Positions 18,021-27,651 of a DNA stretch of 64,000 bases are shown here, piece after piece. The position numbers were made by a program, and so were the translations under genes. The stretch is from a virus (Duplodnaviria > Caudoviricetes). Location: positions 1 through 64,000 of IMG/VR virus record IMGVR_UViG_2974799246_000001. One strand, given 5' to 3'. The notes below the pieces were generated by a model. It was not told the DNA's origin and did not search any database. It was given only the letters and a program-made list of their open reading frames with translations. The number at the start of each line of letters is the position of its first letter. Positions within the stretch are counted from its first letter, which is position 1.

Positions 18021-18863
18021 ATGACAGTAATCAGCCCAATCCGATATCAGGGCAATAAGCGAAGCCTTATCCCGATTATTCTTGAGCACACGCCTTCTGT
18101 GCAGGACTGCCCTCGCATGGTGGACGTGTTTGGTGGTAGCGCTACTGTTTGTGCGAACATGCCGCAGAAGTTTCGCGTTTATAACGAACTGAGTCCTCAG
18201 GTGTACGATATCGTTAAGATGTTAGTCGAACAGGACCCGAAGAAAACTCTTGGTCAGGTCAAGCGACTGGTCAAACATTGGTGCCTGACTAACAGCAACG
18301 AAGCGAACTACGATGCGTTTCGTACCGTCGTCCAGAAGAAGCGCACTGCTATCTTGCATTATGTTGCACATCGCCACGCTCATTCGAACATGCTGCGATT
18401 CAACCAGCAAGGTGTGTACAATGTAGGCTTTGGTGATCGTGGTCTGATTGGTAAGTTCGATGAACTGGAACACGAACTCACTACATTCCACAAACATATG
18501 CAGGGCGTTCACCTGACGAACATGAAGTACGGCAAGCTGCTTGGTCGCTTAGGCCACCAGCTAGACTGCAACACGTTCTGCTACTTCGACCCTCCGTACC
18601 TGGCGAGTGGTGCGATGCAGTACGGTAAGTGGACAGAGCAGAATGAACGCAACCTGCTTACGACTCTGGAGCAGTTGAATCGTCGCGGTGTTCCCTGGAT
18701 GTTGAGCAACGTTATCGAGCACAGAGAGTTCTCAAACGATCTGCTAAAGCGTTGGTTAAAGAAACATGCGACAACCGTGCTCTATCCAAACAAAAGCTAT
18801 GCGATGAACAATGGCCAGAGCGGCTCGCATAGCACGATTGAAATTCTGGCAATGAACTATTGA
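18021..18863 (+). CDS. dam: DNA adenine methyltransferase (Dam/D12 class)
   Basis: SPIRYQGNK, DVFGGSA, RFNQQGVYNVGFG, YFDPPY, WMLSN. Confidence 0.9.
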   Translation: MTVISPIRYQGNKRSLIPIILEHTPSVQDCPRMVDVFGGSATVCANMPQKFRVYNELSPQVYDIVKMLVEQDPKKTLGQVKRLVKHWCLTNSNEANYDAFRTVVQKKRTAILHYVAHRHAHSNMLRFNQQGVYNVGFGDRGLIGKFDELEHELTTFHKHMQGVHLTNMKYGKLLGRLGHQLDCNTFCYFDPPYLASGAMQYGKWTEQNERNLLTTLEQLNRRGVPWMLSNVIEHREFSNDLLKRWLKKHATTVLYPNKSYAMNNGQSGSHSTIEILAMNY

Positions 18864-18870
18864 GGCTGCT

Positions 18871-19176
18871 ATGACTCTGCGTACAAACCAAAAACTTATC
18901 TTCATCTTAAAGGCTCTAACGCGCAAGTTAGAGGAGGTCAACGCTCTCGCCTGGTCAATATCGAAAGATCCCAAAGACACTTGCGGAGCTATTGATATGT
19001 CGGCTATATCTGACTACTCAGATGAAGGTCTGATCAAAGAAATTGAAATGCGCGCCAATCAAATCGAAGAACGTAAGCGATACATTGCGAGTCTTCATGG
19101 TGGCGCTGATGGCCACTGCCGTGCTGCGAATAATCAAGCCGATGCAATCTATCAACGTTATTGTGGGAAAAGATAA
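18871..19176 (+). CDS. Hypothetical protein
   Basis: ORF with GAGG RBS. Confidence 0.6.
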   Translation: MTLRTNQKLIFILKALTRKLEEVNALAWSISKDPKDTCGAIDMSAISDYSDEGLIKEIEMRANQIEERKRYIASLHGGADGHCRAANNQADAIYQRYCGKR

Positions 19177-19880
19177 TGGAACAAGAAATGAAAGACATGC
19201 CGCTGCATATCATCAACGGCTTCCAGCTTAACGAGCACACGGCGAAACTGTTTGCTTATGCGCTTGACCTTGTTCGTCTTGGTGCCAACATTGACGAGTC
19301 GTTTTGGATCGACCGCATCGTGGCCGATGACTACAAAGCAGAAATAACCGATCTGCTGTCTATTACAGGTCCGCGCATTTCTCGTCGTCACTTTGACCTG
19401 TTCGAAACTCTGGAGACGTGTCGCCGTAACGCTCACATCATTCTTGAAGCACTGATTGACGGCATGAGCACCATCTGCACCGAACTGGAAGATGCGTTCA
19501 TGGCAGAAGATGGCGGTACGCCACTGATTCGTCGTGCCAAACAGAACATGTTCCGTAACGAAACGATTCAGTACCTGTTGCGTCCTGCCGAAGAAAAGGA
19601 CATTCATAACTGTCCTACGTACCGTAAGATTGCTGCTGGTCTGTATGATGCAGAACCTGTGCTGTTAGCGATTCGCGGCAATTCGTCAGAAACCAAATAC
19701 GTGTGGAACGGTGAATGGCGAGCGCTGCTTGCCGTGTCCGAAGCCGACCGTCAGGTACACTATCGTCGTTGGTATTACAATCACGCGCTCACTATTCATC
19801 GTCTGCGTGATATGATCACCTGCCACCTGTACACTGTGTACGCTGACCATTTCAGTCGAGGTAAAAATGCCGGGCATTAA
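19176..19880 (+). CDS. Hypothetical protein
   Basis: ATG 19176 coupled to the upstream TAA. Confidence 0.65.
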   Translation: MEQEMKDMPLHIINGFQLNEHTAKLFAYALDLVRLGANIDESFWIDRIVADDYKAEITDLLSITGPRISRRHFDLFETLETCRRNAHIILEALIDGMSTICTELEDAFMAEDGGTPLIRRAKQNMFRNETIQYLLRPAEEKDIHNCPTYRKIAAGLYDAEPVLLAIRGNSSETKYVWNGEWRALLAVSEADRQVHYRRWYYNHALTIHRLRDMITCHLYTVYADHFSRGKNAGH

Positions 19881-20343
19881 TGAACTGCGTAGTCGTCTTG
19901 CGGCTGCGCTCGATCTGGAAGTGAAGACCGCAGCAACGGCTGATATCGAATACTACGTTGACTCGGATGGTCTGCCTATGGGCTTGGTGCAGGAGTGGCG
20001 TCCTGATGCTCCTGAGAAAATCATCCAGGTCATCGAACAGTATGGTCTGCGCGTTGAGCGTGTTGTCAAGCCGGGTCTACCTAAGCCTGTCGATGCAGAT
20101 AATGTTCAGTGGGTGTTCAATGTCTGGTCGCGTCATCCTGTGTATCGTACTCTGTCCTCTGATGAATTTATACATCAGGGTGGTCCTCGCATTGAGGGTG
20201 AGACTTTGACAATGGCAGTATTGACATGGGCAGTTCTTCGAGCAGAGCGCATTAAACGGCTGAAAGCTGATCACACTATGTCTAAGGCATATAACTTCAA
20301 TGTATTGCGGGAGCGTGTGTATGTATCTGCCGTTGGGGGATAA
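19867..20343 (+). CDS. Hypothetical protein, weak DUF2591/NinX-like resemblance
   Basis: W.P...IIQVIEQYGL and GETLTMAV motifs. Confidence 0.45.
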   Translation: MPGINELRSRLAAALDLEVKTAATADIEYYVDSDGLPMGLVQEWRPDAPEKIIQVIEQYGLRVERVVKPGLPKPVDADNVQWVFNVWSRHPVYRTLSSDEFIHQGGPRIEGETLTMAVLTWAVLRAERIKRLKADHTMSKAYNFNVLRERVYVSAVGG

Positions 20344-20731
20344 CGCCAGTGATGCAGAAGCGCGGGCGTACTATCAGAAACAACATGAACGCGCCGAAGC
20401 CACCATGCGAGAAATCTGGGCGTTACGTGGCTGGACGATTCGTTGGGAGTGGCACAACGGCATCTGCGATGATTGTGAGTTCCTGTTCGACGAAACAGGC
20501 AAGCAGTTGTGTCCGTACCACGATGCCATTCCGCAAGAAAGTCAGGTGGCGTACAATCTTGAGAAGCATCGCCTCAATGTGACGTACACCAAGAAATCTG
20601 TAAAATTGATTAACAAGCAAGACCCAAATCCAGTTGAAGGTAAAGCTGACACGTTACGCCAGGCTTATATCAATTGGCTGTTGGCCCTTGAGAAACAAAA
20701 AGCTGAGGAACAAAAGTGCGCCACGACTTAA
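20321..20731 (+). CDS. Hypothetical protein
   Basis: ORF in operon; start uncertain (20300 or 20321). Confidence 0.55.
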   Translation: MYLPLGDNASDAEARAYYQKQHERAEATMREIWALRGWTIRWEWHNGICDDCEFLFDETGKQLCPYHDAIPQESQVAYNLEKHRLNVTYTKKSVKLINKQDPNPVEGKADTLRQAYINWLLALEKQKAEEQKCATT

Positions 20732-21237
20732 CCGAACTCCCTATTTCCGTAGAGCAAGCAGAGCACATCATGGCCAGTGTGTTTACTCTGGCTGGTGCTT
20801 CTAAATCGAAGCGTCGTGCGACTGCTGCAATGCTCATTCACTTCCACGACGGCTTCCCTACGATTATCAGTAGCGGTGTCAACGGTACTATGCCTGGCGA
20901 AAGCAACGTCATGGAAACTCCTGACTTGACGCTCTCACTTAACACTGTTATCCATGCAGAGGTGAACTGCCTCAATCGCATGGAAGAATACAGTCTGTGG
21001 GCAAACGAACAGGACATTCTGTTCTGTACCGATTCGCCGTGTCCGAACTGTCTGGCTGATCTCGAAGCCGAAGGCGTGAAGACCGTTGTGTATGCGCGTG
21101 AGTATCGACTAACTGATCATCTGGACGCATCTTCGATTAAGATGTTCTGTCTGGATATGAAGTCCGTTGAGCACCGTATGCTTCGCGGTATCGAGCGCAT
21201 GAACGAAGTTATCGCAACAACACCAGCGTCTGAATAA
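20716..21237 (+). CDS. dCMP deaminase-like protein
   Basis: SSGVNGT, HAEVNC and SPCPNC zinc-deaminase motifs, VVYAREY. Confidence 0.88.
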   Translation: MRHDLTELPISVEQAEHIMASVFTLAGASKSKRRATAAMLIHFHDGFPTIISSGVNGTMPGESNVMETPDLTLSLNTVIHAEVNCLNRMEEYSLWANEQDILFCTDSPCPNCLADLEAEGVKTVVYAREYRLTDHLDASSIKMFCLDMKSVEHRMLRGIERMNEVIATTPASE

Positions 21238-21258
21238 GACCAATAAGAGGTACTAACC

Positions 21259-21942
21259 GTGCAAGAGAAAATCTACCATCATGGCCTGAACAACAAAGTG
21301 TTGACCAGAGCCGAGCAGGATGAAATGTTTCGTGAACTAAATCGTATGCAGCAAGATCGTATGCGTCACTTCGCGGAATTGCTTGAAAGCGAACCACGGT
21401 TAGTGTCTCAATACTCGGGCCATAACATGTTTGACCTGTCTAAGCTGGAAGAACGTGTGCATCTACCGCTGCATACGCTGTTCACCGAAAGAGGCCGTGA
21501 CCCTATTGAGCAACTCTCGCCTACGTTCCGTCATGGTGGTACTGTTCGTGGTGTTGTGCATCGCTATCCGCGGGCGTCAGACAATCTGCCAAAAGGTGAT
21601 ATCCGCATTGACGCTTCGCAGATGAAACGTTGTAGCGATAACGTGCGCCTCGATCTCAATAGCGATGACTTGTATCGTGCAATGGTGATGGGTCTGACTG
21701 GCGATCCTGTCGGAGCTAACCTCGTTACGATTGACAGCGTGGTATCTGATGATATCATCGCTGAGTTCAAAACAACGGGTGACCCAAGAGGTCCACAGGC
21801 TACTGGTCGAGCGCTGCGTGTTAAGCGTGACTCTGATTGGTCTGCTGAACGCCGTGACCGTGCTGCGACTTCTGCGCCTGTTCGCAAGAAGCTCCGTTCT
21901 AAAACACGCGCACAAAAGAAAGCGCGCCGTAAACAACGTTAA
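21259..21942 (+). CDS. Hypothetical protein with basic C-tail
   Basis: GTG start, GAGG RBS. Confidence 0.65.
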   Translation: MQEKIYHHGLNNKVLTRAEQDEMFRELNRMQQDRMRHFAELLESEPRLVSQYSGHNMFDLSKLEERVHLPLHTLFTERGRDPIEQLSPTFRHGGTVRGVVHRYPRASDNLPKGDIRIDASQMKRCSDNVRLDLNSDDLYRAMVMGLTGDPVGANLVTIDSVVSDDIIAEFKTTGDPRGPQATGRALRVKRDSDWSAERRDRAATSAPVRKKLRSKTRAQKKARRKQR

Positions 21943-21951
21943 GGAACTACT

Positions 21952-22434
21952 GTGGAACCTTTCCTGAAAGATATCAAAGACCGTTTCGCTTCTGCATTGG
22001 GAATCGACCCTAAAGTTCTCGATGCTCCTGTGGACGAAGAATCCGCTGAACGTTTTGGTGCGTTCCTGCGTGAGGACCAGCGCAAAATCAAAGTAGGTCT
22101 TGCGCTCTGCCATCTTCAAATCCCAGATGATGTTCGCTATGATCTGCTGCATAATCATCTGGACACTACTGACCGCGTACTACGTGAAACGTTCGACGGT
22201 CTCGCTGCCCGACTCGTTGCTGTTAACAGCGCAGGTGGTGGCGATGAAAAACAAGCGGCGTCTGGTGCGTTTCGTCTAGCTATGCTGATGAACATTCTGG
22301 GCTTCGATGACCAAACACTGAAAGGTGTGTTAACCGACCCAAGCCTCTCTCGTCAGGCTGGTCTTATTGCAATGACTGGCCTGAACGATATGGGTCAGAA
22401 AATCCAATCGCTTTACGACGAGAAAACAAAATGA
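21952..22434 (+). CDS. Hypothetical protein
   Basis: GTG start, AAGGA RBS. Confidence 0.65.
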   Translation: MEPFLKDIKDRFASALGIDPKVLDAPVDEESAERFGAFLREDQRKIKVGLALCHLQIPDDVRYDLLHNHLDTTDRVLRETFDGLAARLVAVNSAGGGDEKQAASGAFRLAMLMNILGFDDQTLKGVLTDPSLSRQAGLIAMTGLNDMGQKIQSLYDEKTK

Positions 22435-22595
22435 GCAACCCGACTAATCCATTGGCAGATTACTTCAACGCTGACGCAGTTATCCCAGGTGTAGACGACG
22501 CAGAAGATCGTGTCGAAGCTATGCGTGACGGTGGCGGCGAAGTTGTTGACGATAAAGATGCTGATGGCTGTGAAAGCGGCGCCTGCAAAATCTAA
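22431..22595 (+). CDS. 54-aa acidic peptide ending in an NrdA-type redox tail (DGCESGACKI)
   Basis: Translated by hand: MSNPTNPLADYFNADAVIPGVDDAEDRVEAMRDGGGEVVDDKDADGCESGACKI*; ATGA overlap upstream, terminator right after. Confidence 0.8.
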   Translation: MSNPTNPLADYFNADAVIPGVDDAEDRVEAMRDGGGEVVDDKDADGCESGACKI

Positions 22596-22598
22596 CTC

Positions 22599-22626
22599 AT
22601 GGGGCCTAGTGCCCCATTTCTGTTTT
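22599..22626 (+). terminator. Intrinsic terminator
   Basis: ATGGGGC-CTAGT-GCCCCAT-TTCTGTTTT. Confidence 0.7.
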
Positions 22627-22636
22627 GGGGAATTTT

Positions 22637-23176
22637 ATGCAAACAGCATACCGTTGTAAGCATTGCAAGTATGTCCACAATGACAAGGTAAGTAGCTGCG
22701 ATTGTCAGGGCAGTAAAAAGTTTGAGTACACGTTGGTGCAAATCATCGACGTGCCTGAGAACGAAGACGGTGTACCTCCGTTCAAAGATCTCAAACACTC
22801 TCGCGCACCGCGTTACGTCAACGTAAAGAACGGTACGTATGGCAATGGCATCTATGAGTTGCGTGAGGTGCGGAGTAATGTTGATGGTGATGAGCGCTAT
22901 TGGTGGACTAACATCGGTAACATGCAGAGTGGTCTGGATCGCTCTGACCTGGGCATGAAGATAGTTGAGGCTAACATGCGAGCTAACTGTGTGCTGGCTG
23001 CTGCCGGTCCTGTCATGCTCGAAGCGCTCTACATGGCCTATCAGTATTTCCATCGTAAGCGTCTGGTACAAGGCGATACTCCACAGACTGCTATGCGCAT
23101 CTCAATAATCGCCGAAGCAATTCGTCAAGGTACTGACCTGTCTGTCTTCAAAGAACCGCAAATACCAAAGGAGTGA
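22637..23176 (+). CDS. Hypothetical protein with N-terminal Cys cluster
   Basis: YRCKHC..CDC; ATG 22637. Confidence 0.65.
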   Translation: MQTAYRCKHCKYVHNDKVSSCDCQGSKKFEYTLVQIIDVPENEDGVPPFKDLKHSRAPRYVNVKNGTYGNGIYELREVRSNVDGDERYWWTNIGNMQSGLDRSDLGMKIVEANMRANCVLAAAGPVMLEALYMAYQYFHRKRLVQGDTPQTAMRISIIAEAIRQGTDLSVFKEPQIPKE

Positions 23177-23179
23177 TTG

Positions 23180-23779
23180 ATGTACTATCAGCAACTGAAA
23201 AATAAACTGGCTGCATATGGTCTGGCTATTCACAACAAGCGCCAGGAAAATCGTAAGCGCCTAGCTGCCCTTCGTGTAATGCAGGACGATGTGATTCATG
23301 GCGGTCAGGTGTGGACGTCGAAAGAAAACGGCGTAAACTACCAGATACTGTTTCTGACCAACCTGTATTCTGACGGTTCGATTCAGGTTATTTTCTCCAA
23401 GCACTGGGCGTACATCTCCTCAATGCCTGTCGAAGACTTCCTCGAACAGTTCACGCATAACGGTGAGATTGATAACTCGCTACCGCCTGCGTCTGACGAC
23501 CTCATGGCTATGGCCACCAACATGTTTGGGCGCAGCACTATACGCAAGCCACAAGAGGGTGAGTATTGGTCGCGTGTTGATCGTATGCCTAGCGGTTTCG
23601 ATGACGACCGTAAGCCTGTGTTCCGTGATCATAAAGTCACTATTCAGGTTCGTGGTATCGTTCACCAATCTCCGTCTCAGCCGTTTGTGCTGTACAAAGA
23701 GAACGGCGAAGATCTTGTACTGAACATGCACCAATTCTTAAATCGCTACAGTCCGGAGCCCGAAGAAAATGTTGATTGA
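23180..23779 (+). CDS. Protein with tandem DUF1653-like repeats
   Basis: GQVWTSKENGVNYQILFLTN..FLEQFT; GEYW..VLY..FLNRY. Confidence 0.55.
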   Translation: MYYQQLKNKLAAYGLAIHNKRQENRKRLAALRVMQDDVIHGGQVWTSKENGVNYQILFLTNLYSDGSIQVIFSKHWAYISSMPVEDFLEQFTHNGEIDNSLPPASDDLMAMATNMFGRSTIRKPQEGEYWSRVDRMPSGFDDDRKPVFRDHKVTIQVRGIVHQSPSQPFVLYKENGEDLVLNMHQFLNRYSPEPEENVD

Positions 23780-24416
23780 CTTCCTGAAAGCAGTGCCTGC
23801 AATAATCCTCTGCTACATCATTTGGCGCTATGTCACGAACAAAGTCGAGCGCGACCGTCATCTGCGTAAAGCGCAAGAGCATTACAATCACGGGCGTCTT
23901 GATAGCGGTAACGTCTGGATTCATTTGAAGACGGGCCGTCCATATACGGTATTGTGTTTGACTAACACGGGCGTGAATAAATCTAACTGGCGGAATGCTT
24001 GGGAGATCAACGTCGTATATACCAACGACTTCGAACAAGTCTGGAACAGGCCTTTCAGTGAGTTCTGCCATAAGTTCACGCACGTCAGCCGTGGTCCGAA
24101 TGAGGAGCACTTCACAACTACTCTGATGGGTATGCAGATGGAAGCCAACACTCGCATTCTTATTCCGCATGAAGGCGAGATGTGGTTTGAAGGCACAGTC
24201 CATGCAACACCGCCGGAGTTGGTTGCTCAAGGCCATGCGCCTCAAGTTGTGTCCCAGCGCCGCGCTCATATAGACATGGTACTTGGTGTAGGACAAGCGC
24301 ATCCTGTCGTTGTGTATACTGTAAACGATAAGCAGACAGCAATGCTGCTTTCGCAGTTCATCTTCATCTACCGCAAAGAGGCTTCTTTCGATGGGACAGT
24401 CAGCTCTAGTGTTTAA
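23769..24416 (+). CDS. Membrane-anchored protein with tandem DUF1653-like repeats
   Basis: N-terminal TM; GNVWIHLKTGRPYTVLCLTN..VVY..WNRPFSEFCHKF; GEMW..VVY..QFIFIY. Confidence 0.6.
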   Translation: MLIDFLKAVPAIILCYIIWRYVTNKVERDRHLRKAQEHYNHGRLDSGNVWIHLKTGRPYTVLCLTNTGVNKSNWRNAWEINVVYTNDFEQVWNRPFSEFCHKFTHVSRGPNEEHFTTTLMGMQMEANTRILIPHEGEMWFEGTVHATPPELVAQGHAPQVVSQRRAHIDMVLGVGQAHPVVVYTVNDKQTAMLLSQFIFIYRKEASFDGTVSSSV

Positions 24417-24735
24417 GTACGTTATGTTCGTTCGCACTCGCACCAAAGAGCGCGACGACGGTGTTCACATGCCAGTCATCTTTCCAACTCATATCATGCA
24501 CTCAGATATGGGCGAAGCTATGATTGGCTACGCGATTCAGAACGGCATGATCGAAAACAAATACTATCAGCGTATGACTGCGGTTAGTGCTGGCTTCATC
24601 GATCTGAATGACCTGCGTTGTTTCGGCGAGTCTGAATCTCTGGAACTCAAGTCCCGTGAGCAGGACAGCGAGATCATCCGTGAGTACATGAAGACTCAAG
24701 GCAAAGGCGCTCCTGTTCCTGAGGTGGAAGAATGA
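24391..24735 (+). CDS. Conserved hypothetical phage protein
   Basis: PVIFP..IMHSD, VSAGFI..CFGESESLELKSR..D. Confidence 0.65.
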   Translation: MGQSALVFKYVMFVRTRTKERDDGVHMPVIFPTHIMHSDMGEAMIGYAIQNGMIENKYYQRMTAVSAGFIDLNDLRCFGESESLELKSREQDSEIIREYMKTQGKGAPVPEVEE

Positions 24736-25220
24736 GCATAGCAGGAAAAGTCGATAGCGTTAAAAACCAACGCGAGTCTGAACGTAAGGCCAAAGAAGAA
24801 ACTTTCCGTGCGGCCTGTCAGGCGCTCATTCCCAAAATCGCATCTGATATGGACGGCTTGCTTCTGCATTTCGTTAGCGCGAACGTTAATAGTGATCGCA
24901 TTGTACTAGGGACTCCTAAGTACACTATCTGCGACTACAGGTTTAAGCTGACCATCACAGTTGACTTCCATGAAAACCGTGACACGCAGTTCACTGTCGA
25001 GCTGGCTCCTGATGGTCCGTTCACGCTGATCAAAGATCGTGTGCGCCAGCGTCCGTGGTTCCTGCGTGACATTACGTTCATGCCGTACGAAGATGCTCTC
25101 TCCGAAATGATGTATCACGCTGTGGAGAGATCATTTGCAGGCAATGAGTGGCGTGACCGTTACGGTCCTAATCTCGGCTCAAGCGATGTAATATTCTCGC
25201 ACCTGTATCTGAGGTCCTGA
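24732..25220 (+). CDS. Hypothetical protein
   Basis: ATGA overlap. Confidence 0.65.
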   Translation: MSIAGKVDSVKNQRESERKAKEETFRAACQALIPKIASDMDGLLLHFVSANVNSDRIVLGTPKYTICDYRFKLTITVDFHENRDTQFTVELAPDGPFTLIKDRVRQRPWFLRDITFMPYEDALSEMMYHAVERSFAGNEWRDRYGPNLGSSDVIFSHLYLRS

Positions 25221-25600
25221 TGAAAGAAGTTCTGTTAGCGATCTGGAACAGCCCATTCTGGGATAAACCTGTTAGCGCATTCGTTGTGCCTGCGTTTGTC
25301 ATTACCTGGTTTATATGGACAGAGTATCGTGAGCGCCGTGAATTGCGTTTGTCTCGTGAGGTGTTTGCAACGGGCTGGGCACCTGTGAAAGGGACAATGT
25401 ACCGTCACCGCTATCTGCCTTGGCGCACCTGTCGTTTGTGCTATACTGTAAATAGTCCTAACGACAAGTTCATCCCTTCTGTCTTCATCGAAATCATAGG
25501 CGGCTCATACAAAGAATTGACCGCTCATAGTTTCTGTACATCTTACAAAGAGATTGAAAATGCCAACTCCAGTGATTCTTCTCAAGCAGCAAACTCGTGA
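25220..25600 (+). CDS. Hypothetical membrane protein
   Basis: N-terminal hydrophobic helix; GTMYRHRY. Confidence 0.55.
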   Translation: MKEVLLAIWNSPFWDKPVSAFVVPAFVITWFIWTEYRERRELRLSREVFATGWAPVKGTMYRHRYLPWRTCRLCYTVNSPNDKFIPSVFIEIIGGSYKELTAHSFCTSYKEIENANSSDSSQAANS

Positions 25601-25904
25601 CCTGCTGGTAAAGATGTTCGGCCAGAACAAGCCATTCATCGTCGTGCGCCGTGACGCTATCGTGGAGAACGAAAAGCGTTTCGGTGATCGCGTTTACTTC
25701 TCTAATGGCGTTAACACCGTCACTGTGCCAAACATTCAAGGGCTTGACCTGGGTGATAAGCTCTACATTGCAGAAGACGGCGATGTGTATGAGTGGCATC
25801 CTCACTTCGAGCGTCCTTACGAAGCAGTATCGAACAACCAGACAGAAGCTCTGGCGTTTGGTCTGCATCCCATTGTCTTCCACACCGACACACGGAACAG
25901 CTAA
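25560..25904 (+). CDS. Hypothetical protein
   Basis: Stop coupled to the thyA start. Confidence 0.6.
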   Translation: MPTPVILLKQQTRDLLVKMFGQNKPFIVVRRDAIVENEKRFGDRVYFSNGVNTVTVPNIQGLDLGDKLYIAEDGDVYEWHPHFERPYEAVSNNQTEALAFGLHPIVFHTDTRNS

Positions 25905-27001
25905 TGTCACAACCACTTGATTTACGAAACCCGAACCACTACGAACTGTACTCTCTCCATAGCGTGGACGAGCAGTATATCAACCTGTGCGATGCAATCA
26001 TTGCTACTGGTACGCAAGAGTCCGATGCTGGTCGCACCGACGATACGTGGACGACTCTGATTGGCGTTGGTTTCCAGTTGCAGAACACGCACATTGCTTT
26101 CCCTGCACTGCTGTCCGCACGTAAGAACTGGAGCGCAGCCGTCGATGAGATGTGCTGGATGGCTCGCGGTGAAACGAACATCAACACTCTCGGCTCTAAG
26201 ATCTGGGACGAGTGGGCAGATGAAAGCGGTGAGTGCGGTCCAATCTACGGCGAGATGTGGCGTCGTTGGCCTGACATTAAAGCGTTCTTCGACTACACGC
26301 AGCCTATGGCGTCTTGCCCTACTGCCGATGTTATTCGTGTGCGTGACGAAATTCTGCGTATGCGTCAGGACGGCTACATCGAAACGCAACTGACTGACGG
26401 TCGCATCCTGTTTGAAGGTGAGATTGACCAGTTCGCTAACGCTCTGTATCACATCGAAAACCGTTCGCGTTCTCGCCGCATTCGTGTGCAGGGTTTCAAC
26501 CCAAGCTATGTGAACATGCAGGGTCTTCCTCCGTGTCACACTGAGTTTGAGTTCAACGTAACGAAGTCCACCAAGTACGAACAGGCGCAGGCCGATGCTC
26601 GCGGTCAGACGGTAGCGCAGGACAGTCTGCATATCACTGTCACCATGCGCAGCAACGACTGCCTGCTGGGGCGTCCTTTCAACATCATCGGCTACAGTGC
26701 AATGCACCAACTGATTGCGAAGTGGGCTGGCTTGAACGTTGGTGGCTTTACGCTGAATACGACGAACACCCACCTGTACGATCATCACCGTGAAGCATAC
26801 GCTAAACAGCGTGAGCAATGGATGACGTTGCGTGAACGTATGCAAACAACTGGCGAGCCTGTGAAATATCCTGTGCTCGAAATCTCCGATGATGTTATCG
26901 GTCTGACAGCTAAAGAACTGCTGGACAACGTTAACATCGACTGGTTCGAGCTGGTGGACTACAGCCCGATGCCAGCAGTAAAAGGACGTGTGACCAAATG
27001 A
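25904..27001 (+). CDS. thyA: Thymidylate synthase (ThyA type, with insertions)
   Basis: GRTDD, IWDEWA, GPIYGEMWR, SRRI, LPPCH, MRSND.LLG.PFNI (Asn = dUMP specificity), HLY. Confidence 0.92.
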   Translation: MSQPLDLRNPNHYELYSLHSVDEQYINLCDAIIATGTQESDAGRTDDTWTTLIGVGFQLQNTHIAFPALLSARKNWSAAVDEMCWMARGETNINTLGSKIWDEWADESGECGPIYGEMWRRWPDIKAFFDYTQPMASCPTADVIRVRDEILRMRQDGYIETQLTDGRILFEGEIDQFANALYHIENRSRSRRIRVQGFNPSYVNMQGLPPCHTEFEFNVTKSTKYEQAQADARGQTVAQDSLHITVTMRSNDCLLGRPFNIIGYSAMHQLIAKWAGLNVGGFTLNTTNTHLYDHHREAYAKQREQWMTLRERMQTTGEPVKYPVLEISDDVIGLTAKELLDNVNIDWFELVDYSPMPAVKGRVTK

Positions 27002-27651
27002 ACGTGAATAACATTTTGCTGATCGAACGTGTCAGCTCCTATATGTACGTCGGCTTTGCAGAAAACATACCTGACATTCCTCGTCGTGGTGTTGAGAAGT
27101 TCGACGTTCTGATTCCTGACGGACGTGATGGAACCAATGAACCGATTCTTCAAATGACGGCGCGTTGTATCTACCATCTGCCGCACAACTGTTTCCTGAT
27201 CAGCATTGCAGAAGGCACTGAGGGGCACGAGTACCCAGCCCAGATGAAGTCTCACTGCAAGTACAACATGGAACTGTTCAAGCGTTCCTCTCATGGCCGC
27301 GAACAGATTGCACTCAAGCAAATTCTGAATGAACTGCATGACGCCGAAGTGCAGCACCCGGACTGGCCAGAAGAATGTATTCACGCTGCATCAATCGTTA
27401 CCGAAGAAGCTGGTGAGTTGCTGCGCGACTGTGCAACCTTCGAAGAAAACGGCGACGACCGCCTGATTCTTAACATGCTGGGTGAGGCCACTCAGGTCGG
27501 TGCAATGGCCGTTCGCTTCATGAAGAACCTGCCGTTCAGCCAAAAGCGTACTATCCCCAACAAAGCGCTGCGCTCAATCCTTGACTCTGACATGACACCA
27601 GAGCAACAACTGGTTGAAGTGCGCCGACTAATGAATGACGGAGTTCGTTAA
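26998..27651 (+). CDS. Protein with C-terminal MazG-like NTP-pyrophosphatase domain
   Basis: IVTEEAGELLR...GEATQVGAMAVRF. Confidence 0.6.
   Translation: MNVNNILLIERVSSYMYVGFAENIPDIPRRGVEKFDVLIPDGRDGTNEPILQMTARCIYHLPHNCFLISIAEGTEGHEYPAQMKSHCKYNMELFKRSSHGREQIALKQILNELHDAEVQHPDWPEECIHAASIVTEEAGELLRDCATFEENGDDRLILNMLGEATQVGAMAVRFMKNLPFSQKRTIPNKALRSILDSDMTPEQQLVEVRRLMNDGVR

Noticed and set aside
25904-27001. Thymidylate synthase as a dCMP hydroxymethylase or other base-modifying homologue
   Set aside because: It retains the PFN Asn that specifies dUMP (dCMP enzymes have Asp) and all canonical ThyA motifs.
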